A DNA stretch of 64,000 nt from Candidatus Eiseniibacteriota bacterium (GTDB lineage Bacteria > Eisenbacteria > RBG-16-71-46 > CAZAMP01), in NCBI GenBank assembly GCA_965224245.1, contig OZ245046.1:1824001-1888000 (forward strand), read 5' to 3'. The notes below the pieces were generated by a model that saw only the letters and a program-made list of their open reading frames with translations, was not told the DNA's origin and searched no databases. Position numbers and translations under genes: made by a program. Positions 52,174 to 62,872 of this stretch are shown here, one piece after another (positions within the stretch are counted from its first letter, which is position 1; the number at the start of each line of letters is the position of its first letter).

Positions 52174-52950
52174 TCATGCGCCGGCGCCCGTACCCGGGAC
52201 CGCCCTCGGGGATTCTCCCCCCGCAAGCGCGTGCAGGCATCCATCGCGGAGCTCCAGAACCCGGTCCGCGTGCGACGCCCACTCCGCGCTGTGCGTCGTC
52301 ACGACGACGGCTTGCCCCAGCGACTCCCGGAGCTCGGCCAGGAGATCGTAGATCATGCGGCCCGTCGTTGGATCCAGATTACCCGATGGCTCGTCCGCAA
52401 GCACGATGTCCGGGTCGTTGATGAGCGCTCGCGCGATGGCCACGCGCTGCTGCTCCCCGCCCGAGAGCTGGGCGGGCCGGTGGTCGGCCCGCTGGGTCAG
52501 CCCGACCCGATCCAGGAGCGCGCGGGCCCGGGTGCGGGCGGCCCGGAGGTCCGAGCCGGCTACTCGGGCCGGAATCATCACGTTCTCGACGGCCGTGAAC
52601 TCCGGCAGCAGGTGATGGAACTGAAACACGAACCCCACCGCGTGGTTGCGAAACGACGCTTCCTGGCCGTCCTGGCCCGAGAACACCTGGCGTCCCCTGA
52701 ACGTCAGGGAGCCCGCGTCCGGGCGGTCCAGGGCGCCGAGAATGTGCAGCAGCGTGCTCTTTCCGACCCCCGAGAGCCCGACGATGGCCGCGAACTCGCC
52801 CTCCTCGACCGCCATCGAGGCCCCGCGGAGAACCTCCAGCCGTCTCGGCCCGAGCGTGAAGGTCCGGTACAGGCCCTCGGCCACGAGAATCGGCCGCTCG
52901 GGCCGTGTGTCGGGGGCCCGTTCGGATGCGTCGCCCACTGTGTGCCTCAC
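52174..52950 (-). CDS. lolD: Lipoprotein-releasing ABC transporter ATPase
   Basis: [43 protein letters not shown]. Confidence 0.92.
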   Translation of the reverse strand: MRHTVGDASERAPDTRPERPILVAEGLYRTFTLGPRRLEVLRGASMAVEEGEFAAIVGLSGVGKSTLLHILGALDRPDAGSLTFRGRQVFSGQDGQEASFRNHAVGFVFQFHHLLPEFTAVENVMIPARVAGSDLRAARTRARALLDRVGLTQRADHRPAQLSGGEQQRVAIARALINDPDIVLADEPSGNLDPTTGRMIYDLLAELRESLGQAVVVTTHSAEWASHADRVLELRDGCLHALAGGESPRAVPGTGAGA

Positions 52951-54197
52951 TCGTATCTTATCGCCTCGACCGGGTCCAATCTTGACGCGCGCCATGCCGG
53001 ATAGAGGGCGGCAACATAGCAGATCAGGAGCGCAATCGTTGGCACGACGAGGAAATCGAGCCACTCCATCCGGACCGGCAGCGACCCGATGATGTACACG
53101 TCCTCGGGGAGGTCGATGATGCGATACCGGTCCAGGACCCAGCTCAGGAGCCATCCCCCGGCGACCCCGGCGAACACCCCGGCCCCGCCGATGAACAGCC
53201 CCTGGGTCACGAACACCCGTCGCACGAACTCCGACGTGGCCCCCATGGCCTTCAGGACGCCGATGTCGCGGTGCTTCTTCATCACGACCATGATCAGCGT
53301 CGAGACGATGTTGAACGACGCCACGACGACGATCAGCGCGGTCACCAGGAACATCGCCGCCTTCTCCAGCTTCATCCAGGTGAACAGGTTGGCGTTCAGA
53401 TCGATCCAGTTGTTCTGCGAGTAGTCGAGCGGTCCCAGCTCGTCGACCAGCGTTCGAGCCACGTTCCGGGCGTCGTCCATGTTCTGGATTCGCAGCTGGA
53501 TCGCCGTGACGTGATCGGTCGGATCGGCGCTGCCGGCGTGAAAGAGCCGCTGAGCGGTCTCCAGGCTCAGCAGTACCAGCGAGGCGTCGAACTCGTACAT
53601 GCCGCTTCGCACCAGGCCGGCCACGCGGAGCTTGCGAAAGCGCGGTATGAACCCGAACGGCGATCGCACGCCGTCGAACGGCAGCGTCAGCTGGATCGTG
53701 TCGCCCCGCCTGACGCCCAGGTTCGCGGCGAGCTGAAAGCCGACGTACACCCCGGCGAGATCGTCCTCGTAGCGCGGCTCCAGCGGATCGAACGGCTCTT
53801 CGATCCGATCCATCAGATCGGTCACGTTGCGCTCGCGATCGACGTCGATCCCCTTCAGGACCACGCCGTCCTCTCCGAGACGCCCCTTCACGACGCCCTT
53901 GCCGTACATGAACGGCGATGCGCCGAGCACGTCGGGTCGGGCCTCCAGGGAATCGGCCAGCGCGTCGTAGTCGGCGATGCCCCCGGCGCGGTTCCCGATC
54001 AGGATCACGTGGGCGTGGATGCCGAGGATGCGATCCTCCAGCTCCGTCCGGAAGCCGTTGAGCACGCTCAGCACGACGAGAGTGGCCATCACCCCCACGG
54101 CGACGCCGAGCGCGGAGATGAGGCTGATGACCGAGATGAAGCCCATTCCGCGCCGAGGACGCGCGTAGCGCCGCGCGATGTCGACCTCGAGACTCAT
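52947..54197 (-). CDS. lolC: Lipoprotein-releasing ABC transporter permease LolC/E
   Basis: [63 protein letters not shown]. Confidence 0.92.
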   Translation of the reverse strand: MSLEVDIARRYARPRRGMGFISVISLISALGVAVGVMATLVVLSVLNGFRTELEDRILGIHAHVILIGNRAGGIADYDALADSLEARPDVLGASPFMYGKGVVKGRLGEDGVVLKGIDVDRERNVTDLMDRIEEPFDPLEPRYEDDLAGVYVGFQLAANLGVRRGDTIQLTLPFDGVRSPFGFIPRFRKLRVAGLVRSGMYEFDASLVLLSLETAQRLFHAGSADPTDHVTAIQLRIQNMDDARNVARTLVDELGPLDYSQNNWIDLNANLFTWMKLEKAAMFLVTALIVVVASFNIVSTLIMVVMKKHRDIGVLKAMGATSEFVRRVFVTQGLFIGGAGVFAGVAGGWLLSWVLDRYRIIDLPEDVYIIGSLPVRMEWLDFLVVPTIALLICYVAALYPAWRASRLDPVEAIRYE

Positions 54198-54282
54198 CCA
54201 ACGCTCCCGCCCGACGGCCCTCGAGTGATGGACGTGAGCCGAGCCGTCGGGAGCGGCTCACGCGACGCGAGACCGAGTCGAC

Positions 54283-54840
54283 TCAGCGCCCTTCCGCCGA
54301 AAGAGTTACGAGCGCGCGGCGCTCGATCCGCCCCACGACGAGCCGCGCCACGTTCGCGTGCGGGTTCACCAGCAGCCCTCCGGGCACCGACCCCTCGCCG
54401 AGGCCGGCCAGCTGGGCGGTGGCCGCCTCCCACGCGGCGGACGGAGCGGGCCAGATCGGCACCCAGAGCGTTCCCACGTACGCGCGGACGCCCTCGAAGC
54501 GCGGCTCCATCCGGGCGATGCGCGCCGCCAGCGCGGGACGCTCGACCGCGCCGCGCTCACCTACCAGTATCCCCGGCCGCTCGAGTGGGGTTCCCTCGGC
54601 GCCCCAGCTCGCGTCCGCCCGTTCCTTGTTGGGGTTGGCGATCACGCTGGTCTCGGCGAGGAGGCGGTCCAGTCCGGCTCGCGCGTCGGCGTCACTGGCG
54701 GGGAGCTCGAGCTCGATGAGCGTCGAGCGCTCGAGGCCGTCCAGGGTCGCCGCATGGGGGTCGCGTCGGCGGAGCGAGCCGAGCGCCGAGCGTGCGGCCG
54801 GATCGGGCGTCTTCAGCTGGACGAGAATCTGGACGCTCAC
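54283..54840 (-). CDS. PurS-like subunit of FGAM synthase, double length
   Basis: VQLK.PDP N-terminus; two NP motifs (IANPNKE, LLVNPH); GTGA-coupled to purQ. Confidence 0.6.
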   Translation of the reverse strand: MSVQILVQLKTPDPAARSALGSLRRRDPHAATLDGLERSTLIELELPASDADARAGLDRLLAETSVIANPNKERADASWGAEGTPLERPGILVGERGAVERPALAARIARMEPRFEGVRAYVGTLWVPIWPAPSAAWEAATAQLAGLGEGSVPGGLLVNPHANVARLVVGRIERRALVTLSAEGR

Positions 54841-55703
54841 GCGCGCACCCCCAGGTGTCGCGCCAGGGCGGCAAAGACCTCGCGTCCCGGTCCGGGTGCG
54901 CTCATGGGATCCGGAGCGTCGCCGTCGGGAACCTGCCATCGCCGCTTGGCCTCGCCCCACGGGCCCGGCCAGCTCGGCGGAACCTGCCAGAGCCAGGCCG
55001 AGCGCTCGGGGTGCGGCATCAGCGCCAGCACGTTGCCCTCCCGGCTGGACACGCCGGCGGCCGCCCCCACGGCCCCGTTCGGGTTCTCCGGGAAGCCCGG
55101 GGCCGACTCGCCGCGGTGGCCCGCGTACCGGAACGCGATGCCGATCCCGGCCTCGAGCGCGCCGGCGATGACGGGATCGTGGGACGTGAACCGCCCCTCG
55201 CCGTGCGCGATCGGCATCGGCAGCAGTGTCCCCGGCGCCAGCCCGGTGGTGAAGACCGACGGGGAATCCGTCACCGCGAGCGTCACCCACCGCGTGTAGT
55301 AGCCCGATCGATCCGGCATGCGGTTGCGCGCCAGCGCGGCCCCCGGCACGCCGTCGCTGTTCCCGGGCACGAGCCCGGCCTCGACCAGCACCTGGGCGCC
55401 GTTGCAGATCCCCAGGATCGGCTTCCCCTCCTCGGCCTCGCGGCGCAGGTGATCCACGATCGGCTCGCGCGAGGCGATGGCTCCCGCGCGGACGCGATCC
55501 TGATACGAGAAGCCCCCGGGGATGACGACCGCATCGGCCTCCCCGATCGACTGCACCGGCGCGTTCCAGCGAACCACCGCCGCGTCCAGACCGACGGCGC
55601 GGAGCACGCGGGCGGTCTCCCACTCGCAGTTGACGCCCGGAAACTGCACGACCACGGCCCGGGGCCGATCCGACCGCGTCGCGCGCGGCGCTAGCGGAGC
55701 CAT
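54837..55703 (-). CDS. purQ: FGAM synthase glutaminase subunit
   Basis: FPGVNCE, PGGFSYQD, GICNGAQ, PIAHGEG, NPNG, MPHPER. Confidence 0.95.
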   Translation of the reverse strand: MAPLAPRATRSDRPRAVVVQFPGVNCEWETARVLRAVGLDAAVVRWNAPVQSIGEADAVVIPGGFSYQDRVRAGAIASREPIVDHLRREAEEGKPILGICNGAQVLVEAGLVPGNSDGVPGAALARNRMPDRSGYYTRWVTLAVTDSPSVFTTGLAPGTLLPMPIAHGEGRFTSHDPVIAGALEAGIGIAFRYAGHRGESAPGFPENPNGAVGAAAGVSSREGNVLALMPHPERSAWLWQVPPSWPGPWGEAKRRWQVPDGDAPDPMSAPGPGREVFAALARHLGVRA

Positions 55704-58057
55704 GTGCCGAGACCTCCCTGCCACAGAGAGCGGATGCGATCCACGTCGACGCGCACACGATCGTCGCCGGACGTGATCTCGAGCAGCGGCTGGGCCGTCA
55801 CCCGGCCCAGGTCGGCGCAGTCCACGCCGTGACGGGCGGCGCACGCGGCAATGGCATCGACGTCGTCCGGACCGACCGACAGGACGACGGCGCCGGCCTC
55901 GCCGAAGAGACGCGCGTCGAGTCGCGGGCCGCCCGCGAGCGCATCCAGCTCGACGCGCATTCCCAGCCCGGTCTCGAGCTCGGCGGGCACGAGCATCTCG
56001 AACAGCGTCACCAGGAGGCCGCCCTCGGAGACGTCGTGTGCGGCCGTCACGCCGCCGGTGCGATGCGCGTCCAGCACGGCGTGCATCAGGCGACGCTCGT
56101 GATCGACGTCGAGGCTCGGATACTCGGCGTCCAGGCCGAGCACGCGGGCGTAGAGGCTCCCGCCGAGGCGGGACTCCACGCGCCCCAGGACCACGAGCCT
56201 GTCGCCCGCGCGCTTGACCGACTGATCGCGCGCGCCCCGCACGTCGTCGATCACCCCCACGCAGCCGACGATCGGCGAGTGCGGGATCGGATCGCCGCCC
56301 ACCGACTGGTTGTAGAAGCTGACGTTGCCGGTGATGATGGGAACCGTGGTGCCGGGATCGTCGGCGAGACCGATCGCGGTGGCCGTCTCGGCGATACCTC
56401 GCACGGCCTCCCGAAACGCGGTGAAGACCTCGGGCACCTCGGGGTTGCCGAAGTTCAGGCAGTCCGAGAGCGCGATGGGCCTCGCCCCGACCGTGACGAC
56501 GTTTCGGATGGCACCCGCGGTCGCATACGCGCCCGCCTGGTAGGCATCGTCCCGCCCACGATGCGGGTTTCCGTCCACCGCCACCGCCATGCCGACGAGG
56601 GAGCCCGGGATCGGCGCGATGACGCAAGCGTCGGCCTCGCCGGGCCGCAGGACGGTCTGACCGCGCACCTCGGGGTCGTAGTGGCGGTACACGTAACCCC
56701 GCGACGCCCCATCCGGATGCGTGACCAGGCGTTCGAGGGTCGCCGGAACGTCCGCGAGCGCGACGTCGGTCGCCGGGTGCGCCGGTCGTGACGGCGGCGC
56801 GGGTACGGGCGCCGCCTTCCGCTCGTATGCGATGCCCTCGGTCAGATCCCGGGCGGCCACCCGGGCCACCACCGCGCCCTGGTGGTGGATCGTGACCTGC
56901 CCATCGTCGGTGAAGCGGCCGAGCACCACGGCGCCGGCGCCGGGGTGCAGCCCCGGCAGATCGAACTCGCTCTCGTAGATCGCGATCACCCGCGCGGCCA
57001 TGCGCTCGGGCACCGCCCACACGAACCGTTCCTGGGTCTCGCCGACCAGGATCACCTCCGCCGGCAGGTCGCGCTCGGCCGTGCGGACCGCGTCGAGGTG
57101 GATCTCGACCCCGAAGTTCCCCGCGTCGGCCAGCTCGACGGTGGCGCCCCCGATCCCACCGGCGCCGAGGTCCTTGAACCCGACCTCCACGCCGGCGGCG
57201 AAGAGCTCGTCCAGCACGACGCGATTGGCCTCGGCGATGACGCGCTTCAGAAACGGGTCAGCGACCTGCACCGCACCCAGATTCCCGCCCGAGTCGTCGG
57301 CCTCCAGGTCCGCCGACGCGAACGAGGCGCCGCCGAAGCCCGACGAGTCGGTGGGCTTGCCCACGAGGATGGCCACGTACGGCTCCTGGGTGGCGCGCTG
57401 CGGCACCCGGCTGCGCACGATGCGGTCCTCGGGCACGATGCCGAGCGCGACCACGTTGACCAGGCAGTTGTCGTCGAAGCCCTCGTCGAAGTAGACGTCG
57501 CCGCCGAGGTTGGGGACACCGAGCGCGTTTCCGTAGCTCCAGATTCCGTCCACCACCCCGCGCGCGATGTCGGCGCACGCCGGCGTGCGCGGATCGCCGA
57601 ACCGAAGAGCATCGAGCACGCCCACGACGTCGGCCCCCATGCAGTACACGTCGCGCACGATTCCACCGATGCCGGTCGCGGCCCCCTCGACCGGCAGCAC
57701 CTGCGAGGGGTGGTTGTGACTCTCGTGGCTCATGACCACGCAGTACGACCGACCGTTGTGCGTGGCCAGACGCACGATGCCGGCGTCCTCACCGGGTCCC
57801 AGCACGACGTGCCGGGGCAGCGACTTCCCGGTGAAGAAGCGCGAGAGCACGGGACGGCTCGACTTGTAGGAGCAGTGCTCGCTCCAGGCCACGTCGAACA
57901 GGAACGCCTCGGCGCGGGTGGGATCCCGACCGAGAAGGCCTCCCAGGCGACGCGCCTCGGAGGGCGACATCGCCAGCCCGTGTCCGACCAGCTCGCCGGC
58001 CACGGCCTGTTCGGAGCGACCGATGACCGAGACGATGACGGGCGCCGACGTCGTCAT
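55691..58057 (-). CDS. purL: FGAM synthase small-type PurL
   Basis: WSEHCSYKSS, GPGEDAG, ESHNHPS, GAATGIGG, DLGAGG, ETQER, DCLNFGNPE, GNVSFYN, HDVSEGG. Confidence 0.96.
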   Translation of the reverse strand: MTTSAPVIVSVIGRSEQAVAGELVGHGLAMSPSEARRLGGLLGRDPTRAEAFLFDVAWSEHCSYKSSRPVLSRFFTGKSLPRHVVLGPGEDAGIVRLATHNGRSYCVVMSHESHNHPSQVLPVEGAATGIGGIVRDVYCMGADVVGVLDALRFGDPRTPACADIARGVVDGIWSYGNALGVPNLGGDVYFDEGFDDNCLVNVVALGIVPEDRIVRSRVPQRATQEPYVAILVGKPTDSSGFGGASFASADLEADDSGGNLGAVQVADPFLKRVIAEANRVVLDELFAAGVEVGFKDLGAGGIGGATVELADAGNFGVEIHLDAVRTAERDLPAEVILVGETQERFVWAVPERMAARVIAIYESEFDLPGLHPGAGAVVLGRFTDDGQVTIHHQGAVVARVAARDLTEGIAYERKAAPVPAPPSRPAHPATDVALADVPATLERLVTHPDGASRGYVYRHYDPEVRGQTVLRPGEADACVIAPIPGSLVGMAVAVDGNPHRGRDDAYQAGAYATAGAIRNVVTVGARPIALSDCLNFGNPEVPEVFTAFREAVRGIAETATAIGLADDPGTTVPIITGNVSFYNQSVGGDPIPHSPIVGCVGVIDDVRGARDQSVKRAGDRLVVLGRVESRLGGSLYARVLGLDAEYPSLDVDHERRLMHAVLDAHRTGGVTAAHDVSEGGLLVTLFEMLVPAELETGLGMRVELDALAGGPRLDARLFGEAGAVVLSVGPDDVDAIAACAARHGVDCADLGRVTAQPLLEITSGDDRVRVDVDRIRSLWQGGLGTWLR

Positions 58058-59346
58058 GAGAGGGTCCTCTCGTAGATGGCGTCCACGTGTCGGAGCACGT
58101 GATCCAGATCGAACAGCCGATCCAGCTCCGCGACATCCAGAGCCGCGGTGACCTCGGGATCGGCGGCGAGACGATCGCGCAGGCGCCCCCCCTCGTTCCA
58201 GCACGCCAGTGCGTGGCGCTGGACGATCGCATAGGCGGCCTCGCGATCCTCGAGCGCCTGGGTCAGCGCCAGGAGCACGTGCCCGGAGAACACGAGCCCG
58301 CCGGTCAGCTCGAGGTCGTGCCGGAGACGATCCTCGTTCACGTCGAGCCGCTCCAGGATGACCCGGAACCGATCGAGCATGTAGTCGGCCAGCGTCAACG
58401 AGTCCGGCAGGATCACGCGCTCGACCGACGAGTGCGAGATGTCCCGCTCGTGCCACAGCGCCATGTTCTCCAGCGCGGCCAGCGCGTTCGCGCGCAGCAC
58501 CCGCGCCAGGCCCGACACGCGCTCGGCGGTGATCGGGTTCTTCTTGTGCGGCATCGCCGAGGAGCCCTTCTGACCCGGCGCGAACCCCTCGCACACCTCG
58601 TGGAGCTCGGTGCGGTGCAGGTGGCGGATCTCGGTGGCGAAGCGCTCCAGACCGCCGCCGAGAACGGCCAGCGCCGTCATCAGCTCGCCGTGCCGATCGC
58701 GACACAGTACCTGCGTGGCGATCGGGTCGGTGGCGAGACCGAGACGCTCCAGCACGTCGGCCTCCACGGCCGGCGAGTGATGCGGGCACGTGCCCACCGC
58801 GCCCGACAGCTTGCCCACGCGCATCGTCTCTCGCGCGCGGACGAGCCGCTCCCGGTCGCGCGCGAGCTCCGCGTACCAGGACAGGAACTTCATGCCCAGC
58901 GTCATCGGCTCGGCGTGGACGCCGTGCGTCCGGCCGACCATCGGCGTCCGGCGATGCCGCTCGGCCAGCTCGCGGAGCATGGCGATCACCCGATCGAGGG
59001 ACTCCAGGATCACCGCACAGCTGCGGGTGATCCGGATGGCCTGTGCCGTGTCGACCAGGTCGGTCGACGTCATGCCGTAGTGGATCCAGCGGCGTTCCGG
59101 GCCGAGCCCCTCCGCGAGCACGGTCAGGAACGCGATGACGTCGTGATCCAGCGTGCGCTCGAGCTCGGCCACGCGCTCGGGCGTCGGCACCGCCTGCGCG
59201 GCCACGGCCGCCGCGGCGCCCGCCTCGGCCTGACCGTCCGCCTCGAGCGCCGCCACCAGCGCCACCTCGACGTCCTTCCAGATGGCGAACTTCGTGGCCT
59301 CCGACCAGAGCGCCGCCAGCTCGGGCCGCATGTAGCGCGAAATCAC
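58054..59346 (-). CDS. purB: Adenylosuccinate lyase
   Basis: HDVIAF, HYGMTS, GRTHGVHAEP, GSSAMPHKKNP, WHERDISHSS. Confidence 0.97.
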   Translation of the reverse strand: MISRYMRPELAALWSEATKFAIWKDVEVALVAALEADGQAEAGAAAAVAAQAVPTPERVAELERTLDHDVIAFLTVLAEGLGPERRWIHYGMTSTDLVDTAQAIRITRSCAVILESLDRVIAMLRELAERHRRTPMVGRTHGVHAEPMTLGMKFLSWYAELARDRERLVRARETMRVGKLSGAVGTCPHHSPAVEADVLERLGLATDPIATQVLCRDRHGELMTALAVLGGGLERFATEIRHLHRTELHEVCEGFAPGQKGSSAMPHKKNPITAERVSGLARVLRANALAALENMALWHERDISHSSVERVILPDSLTLADYMLDRFRVILERLDVNEDRLRHDLELTGGLVFSGHVLLALTQALEDREAAYAIVQRHALACWNEGGRLRDRLAADPEVTAALDVAELDRLFDLDHVLRHVDAIYERTLS

Positions 59347-60563
59347 TCCGATCCTCCCCCGGACCTGCCGTCCCGGCCGCGCGCCGACATCGTCGGACGA
59401 CTCTGGATGACCATCGGGATCTCCATCTCGACACCGTCCCGCTCGACGCCGAACCGGACGGTGTCGCCGATCCGGGCCCCGAAGATCTCGCGGAACGCGG
59501 CGTCGCGGTTGCGAATGGGGCGTCCGTTGACCTGGTAGATGACGTCGTACAAACGGAAGTCCGCCGTCTCGCCCGGCGAGCCCGGCTCGATCTTCCGTAC
59601 CACGACCCCTTCGGTGCTGAAAACATTCAAATGACGCCGGATGTGAGGCGTCAGATCGCTGACCCCCAGGCCGAACCAGGGCTCGCGTACTTCGCCGTAG
59701 GTGACGATGTCGCTGACCACGTCCTCGACCGCATTGATCGGGATCGCGAACCCCAGCCCCGAGTTGACGCCCGAGCTGAGGATGAACGTGTTGATGCCGA
59801 TCACCTCGCCCCGTGCGTTCACGAGCGGGCCCCCCGAGTTGCCGGGATTGATGGTCGCGTCGGTCTGGATCATGTCCTTGTAGATCGCACCCCGGCCCCG
59901 GGTGGACGGACTCACGTCATACTCCAACTCACGGCCGAGACCACTTACCACGCCGACAGTTACCGATGGTCGGGAATCGCGGAAATAGAACCCGAACGGG
60001 TTGCCGATCGCGATCACCCACTCCCCGACGATCAGCCCGTCCGAGTCGCCGCGGGGTGCGGCGTCCAGCGCCGTGTCGGCGTTCAAACGGAGCACGGCCA
60101 GGTCGTAGTAGGGCGCCTGCCCCACGATCTCGATCTCGTTGCGGCCGAAGAAGCGCCCGTCGGGAAGCACGACCCAGATGTCGCTGGCGTCGGTGAGCAC
60201 GTGGTTGTTCGTGACGATCAGACCGCGGCGATCGATGACGAGCCCCGATCCGATCTCCCACTCCGACTCCAGGCGCGGCACGAAGCGCTGGAAGAGATCG
60301 TCGAAGGGCCCCGGCAACGGCGGACGCGGCGTGTTGACGGCGATCGTGACCACCGAGTCCGAGACACGCTCGACCGCGCGGACGATCGCCGTCCGCCGGC
60401 TCTGGGCGATGTCGTCGGCGACCTCACCGCCACCGGCGACGTCTCCCGCGCCGGTGACCGGGGACCCGGCGCCCGCCCCGCGAAGTGGCGGACGCCACCC
60501 GGTGACCAGAGCGGCGAGGATCAGCCCGACGACGAACGTCGCGACGTAGCCCAGCGGGCGCAT
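59343..60563 (-). CDS. HtrA/DegP-family serine protease with one PDZ domain
   Basis: GSG, TNNHV, DLAVL, AIGNPFG, IQTDATINPGNSGGPL, C-terminal PDZ. Confidence 0.93.
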   Translation of the reverse strand: MRPLGYVATFVVGLILAALVTGWRPPLRGAGAGSPVTGAGDVAGGGEVADDIAQSRRTAIVRAVERVSDSVVTIAVNTPRPPLPGPFDDLFQRFVPRLESEWEIGSGLVIDRRGLIVTNNHVLTDASDIWVVLPDGRFFGRNEIEIVGQAPYYDLAVLRLNADTALDAAPRGDSDGLIVGEWVIAIGNPFGFYFRDSRPSVTVGVVSGLGRELEYDVSPSTRGRGAIYKDMIQTDATINPGNSGGPLVNARGEVIGINTFILSSGVNSGLGFAIPINAVEDVVSDIVTYGEVREPWFGLGVSDLTPHIRRHLNVFSTEGVVVRKIEPGSPGETADFRLYDVIYQVNGRPIRNRDAAFREIFGARIGDTVRFGVERDGVEMEIPMVIQSRPTMSARGRDGRSGGGSE

Positions 60564-60572
60564 GCGAGCTCT

Positions 60573-61226
60573 CTACGTGTTGGCCTTGACCTTCTCCCAG
60601 TCCGCCAGGAAGCGCTCCAGACCGATGTCGGTCAGCGGGTGCTTGATGAGCTGCTGGAAGGTCTTGAACGGCATCGTGCCGATGTCGCCGCCGGCGAGCG
60701 CGGCCTCGGTCACGTGCATCGGATGTCGGATGCTGGCCACCAGCACCTCGGTGTCGAACGCGTAGTTCTCGAACACGGCGACGATCTCGCGGATCAGCTC
60801 CATGCCGTCGTGTCCGGTGTCGTCGAGGCGCCCGATGAACGGACTCACCATGCTCGCTCCGGCCTTCGCCGCCACCAGCGCCTGGTTGGTGGAGAAGACG
60901 AGCGTGCAGTTCGTCCGGATGCCCTCCGAGGTGCACGTGGTCAGGGCCTTGACGCCGGCCTCGATCATCGGGAGCTTGACCACGACGTTGCCCGCCAGCG
61001 CGGCCAGCGTCCGTGCCTCGGTCATCATCGCGTCGTACTCGGTCGCCGTGACCTCGGCGCTGACCGGACCGTCCACGATCTCGCAGATCGCCTGGATGTG
61101 CGAGTGGAACGACGAGATCGACTCCTTGGCGATCAGCGACGGGTTCGTGGTCACCCCGTCGAGGATGCCCATCGACTGGGCCTCACGAATCTCGTTCAGG
61201 TTGGCGGTATCCAGAAAGAACTTCAT
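60573..61226 (-). CDS. fsa: Transaldolase / fructose-6-phosphate aldolase (TalC/Fsa type)
   Basis: [51 protein letters not shown]. Confidence 0.93.
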   Translation of the reverse strand: MKFFLDTANLNEIREAQSMGILDGVTTNPSLIAKESISSFHSHIQAICEIVDGPVSAEVTATEYDAMMTEARTLAALAGNVVVKLPMIEAGVKALTTCTSEGIRTNCTLVFSTNQALVAAKAGASMVSPFIGRLDDTGHDGMELIREIVAVFENYAFDTEVLVASIRHPMHVTEAALAGGDIGTMPFKTFQQLIKHPLTDIGLERFLADWEKVKANT

Positions 61227-61309
61227 CGGGGGCGCACTCCTCGCTTGCGAACGCCTCGGGTTTGAAGCGGTGCATGCTATCACAGCCGCCGCCGGGTGTC
61301 TCCCCGGGC

Positions 61310-62071
61310 TCAATCCCCCGTCGGGGGCCGGAGATCGGCCTCGTCGTAGGCGACGCGCACCAGCGTGAGTCCCCGCGCCGGAGCGGTCGGACCGGCCTGC
61401 CGCCGATCGCACGAGTCGAGGATCTCGCGCATCCGCGCGGCCGGCCACCGACCTCGTCCGATCTCGACCAGGGTACCGACGACGTTTCGGACCATGTGAT
61501 GCAGAAAGCGATCGGCCGTGATCCAGAACGCGAGACCCTCCTCCCATCGCTCCCAGCGCAGCTCGCTCACGTTGCATCGCTTGTGCGGCGCGGTGTCGGC
61601 ACTGGCCGCGAACGCGCCGAAGTCGTGCTCGCCCAGGATCGCCTGGGTCGCGTGCAGCATCGACGCCATCTCCAGCCGGTAGCCGGGATGCCACGCGCTC
61701 GCGCGGTGGATCGCCGACGGGGCGTCGAGGAGCCGATACCGGTACGTGCGCGAACGAGCCGAGAACCGGGCGTGAAACGCGTCGGCCACCCGGGCGATCC
61801 GACGCACGACCACGTCCTCACCGATCAGCGCATTCACCCCCCCGGTGACGCGTCTCGGGTCGATCTCGCGATCCAGGAGAAAGCTCGCTTCCTGCGCATC
61901 GGCGTGCACGCCCGCGTCGGTGCGCCCGGCGCCCGCGAGCGGGACGGGCTCCCCCAGCACCGTCTCGAGCGCCTGCATCAGCTCGCCCTGCACGCTGCGG
62001 TCGCTCGGCTGGCGCTGCCAGCCGTGGAAGTGTGTGCCGTCGTACGTGACCGTGAGCCGGTACGTGGGCAC
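61310..62071 (-). CDS. truA: tRNA pseudouridine(38-40) synthase
   Basis: [46 protein letters not shown]. Confidence 0.96.
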   Translation of the reverse strand: MPTYRLTVTYDGTHFHGWQRQPSDRSVQGELMQALETVLGEPVPLAGAGRTDAGVHADAQEASFLLDREIDPRRVTGGVNALIGEDVVVRRIARVADAFHARFSARSRTYRYRLLDAPSAIHRASAWHPGYRLEMASMLHATQAILGEHDFGAFAASADTAPHKRCNVSELRWERWEEGLAFWITADRFLHHMVRNVVGTLVEIGRGRWPAARMREILDSCDRRQAGPTAPARGLTLVRVAYDEADLRPPTGD

Positions 62072-62074
62072 GGG

Positions 62075-62872
62075 CTACGTCCCGAGTCGGGAGGCGGCGA
62101 GCCCCACGAGCACGGTCGCGCTCGCGACGACCACGGCCGCCGTGTCGCGAGCGTGCCAGCGTCGGCCGACGAGGTACGGCCGGGCCAGTCCGGGGCGGTA
62201 CCCCCGCGCGATCAGATGCTCGGCCAGCGCGCCGGCCCGCAGGAGCGCCCCGGCGAACACCGGCGTGAACAGCGGCACCAGCGCTCGCGCGCGATCCCGC
62301 CAGCCACCGCCGATCGAGAGCCCCCGCAGGCGCTGGCACTCGTGGATCCGTCGCGCCTCGTCCAGAAGGAGCGGCGTGAACCGCACCACGAGCTGGAGCT
62401 GAAAGATGGCGGCGTGTACGCGGTTCCCGAGCACGCGGGCCAGAGGGGCGATCAGTGCGCCGATCGCCTCCGCGGAGAGCTCCGCCCGCGTGGTCAGGGC
62501 GAGCAGCTGCGACCACGCGGCGAGCGTCGCGATGCGCCCTCCGAAGCGCACGCCGGCGAGAGCCGGGAGCGCGTCTCCGCCGCCGGCGCGGTCGTGGAAG
62601 AGCCCCACGAGCCACGTGTTCAAGACGAACGCGACCACGAACCCGCCGACGGTGAGCCCCGCCACGCGCCGTCGCGCGGTGCCGTCGCCCACGGCCAGCG
62701 CCAGCCCCAGCCCGGTGGCCGCCAGGATCACGCCGAGCCAGGCAGGCGCGACGAAGGCGGCGAGCATCACGAGGATCGTGACCAGCACCCGCGCGCGCGG
62801 ATCGATCGACCCGAGCGCCCGACGGACCCCCGCGCTCCCTGCGGGAGCGTCGCGGTCGTCCGCCGCCGTCAT
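62075..62872 (-). CDS. ecfT: Energy-coupling factor transporter T component (EcfT/CbiQ)
   Basis: DPRAR, TM helices, RFTPLL.DE..RI..CQRLRG, LVPLF, ARGY; upstream of truA. Confidence 0.8.
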   Translation of the reverse strand: MTAADDRDAPAGSAGVRRALGSIDPRARVLVTILVMLAAFVAPAWLGVILAATGLGLALAVGDGTARRRVAGLTVGGFVVAFVLNTWLVGLFHDRAGGGDALPALAGVRFGGRIATLAAWSQLLALTTRAELSAEAIGALIAPLARVLGNRVHAAIFQLQLVVRFTPLLLDEARRIHECQRLRGLSIGGGWRDRARALVPLFTPVFAGALLRAGALAEHLIARGYRPGLARPYLVGRRWHARDTAAVVVASATVLVGLAASRLGT

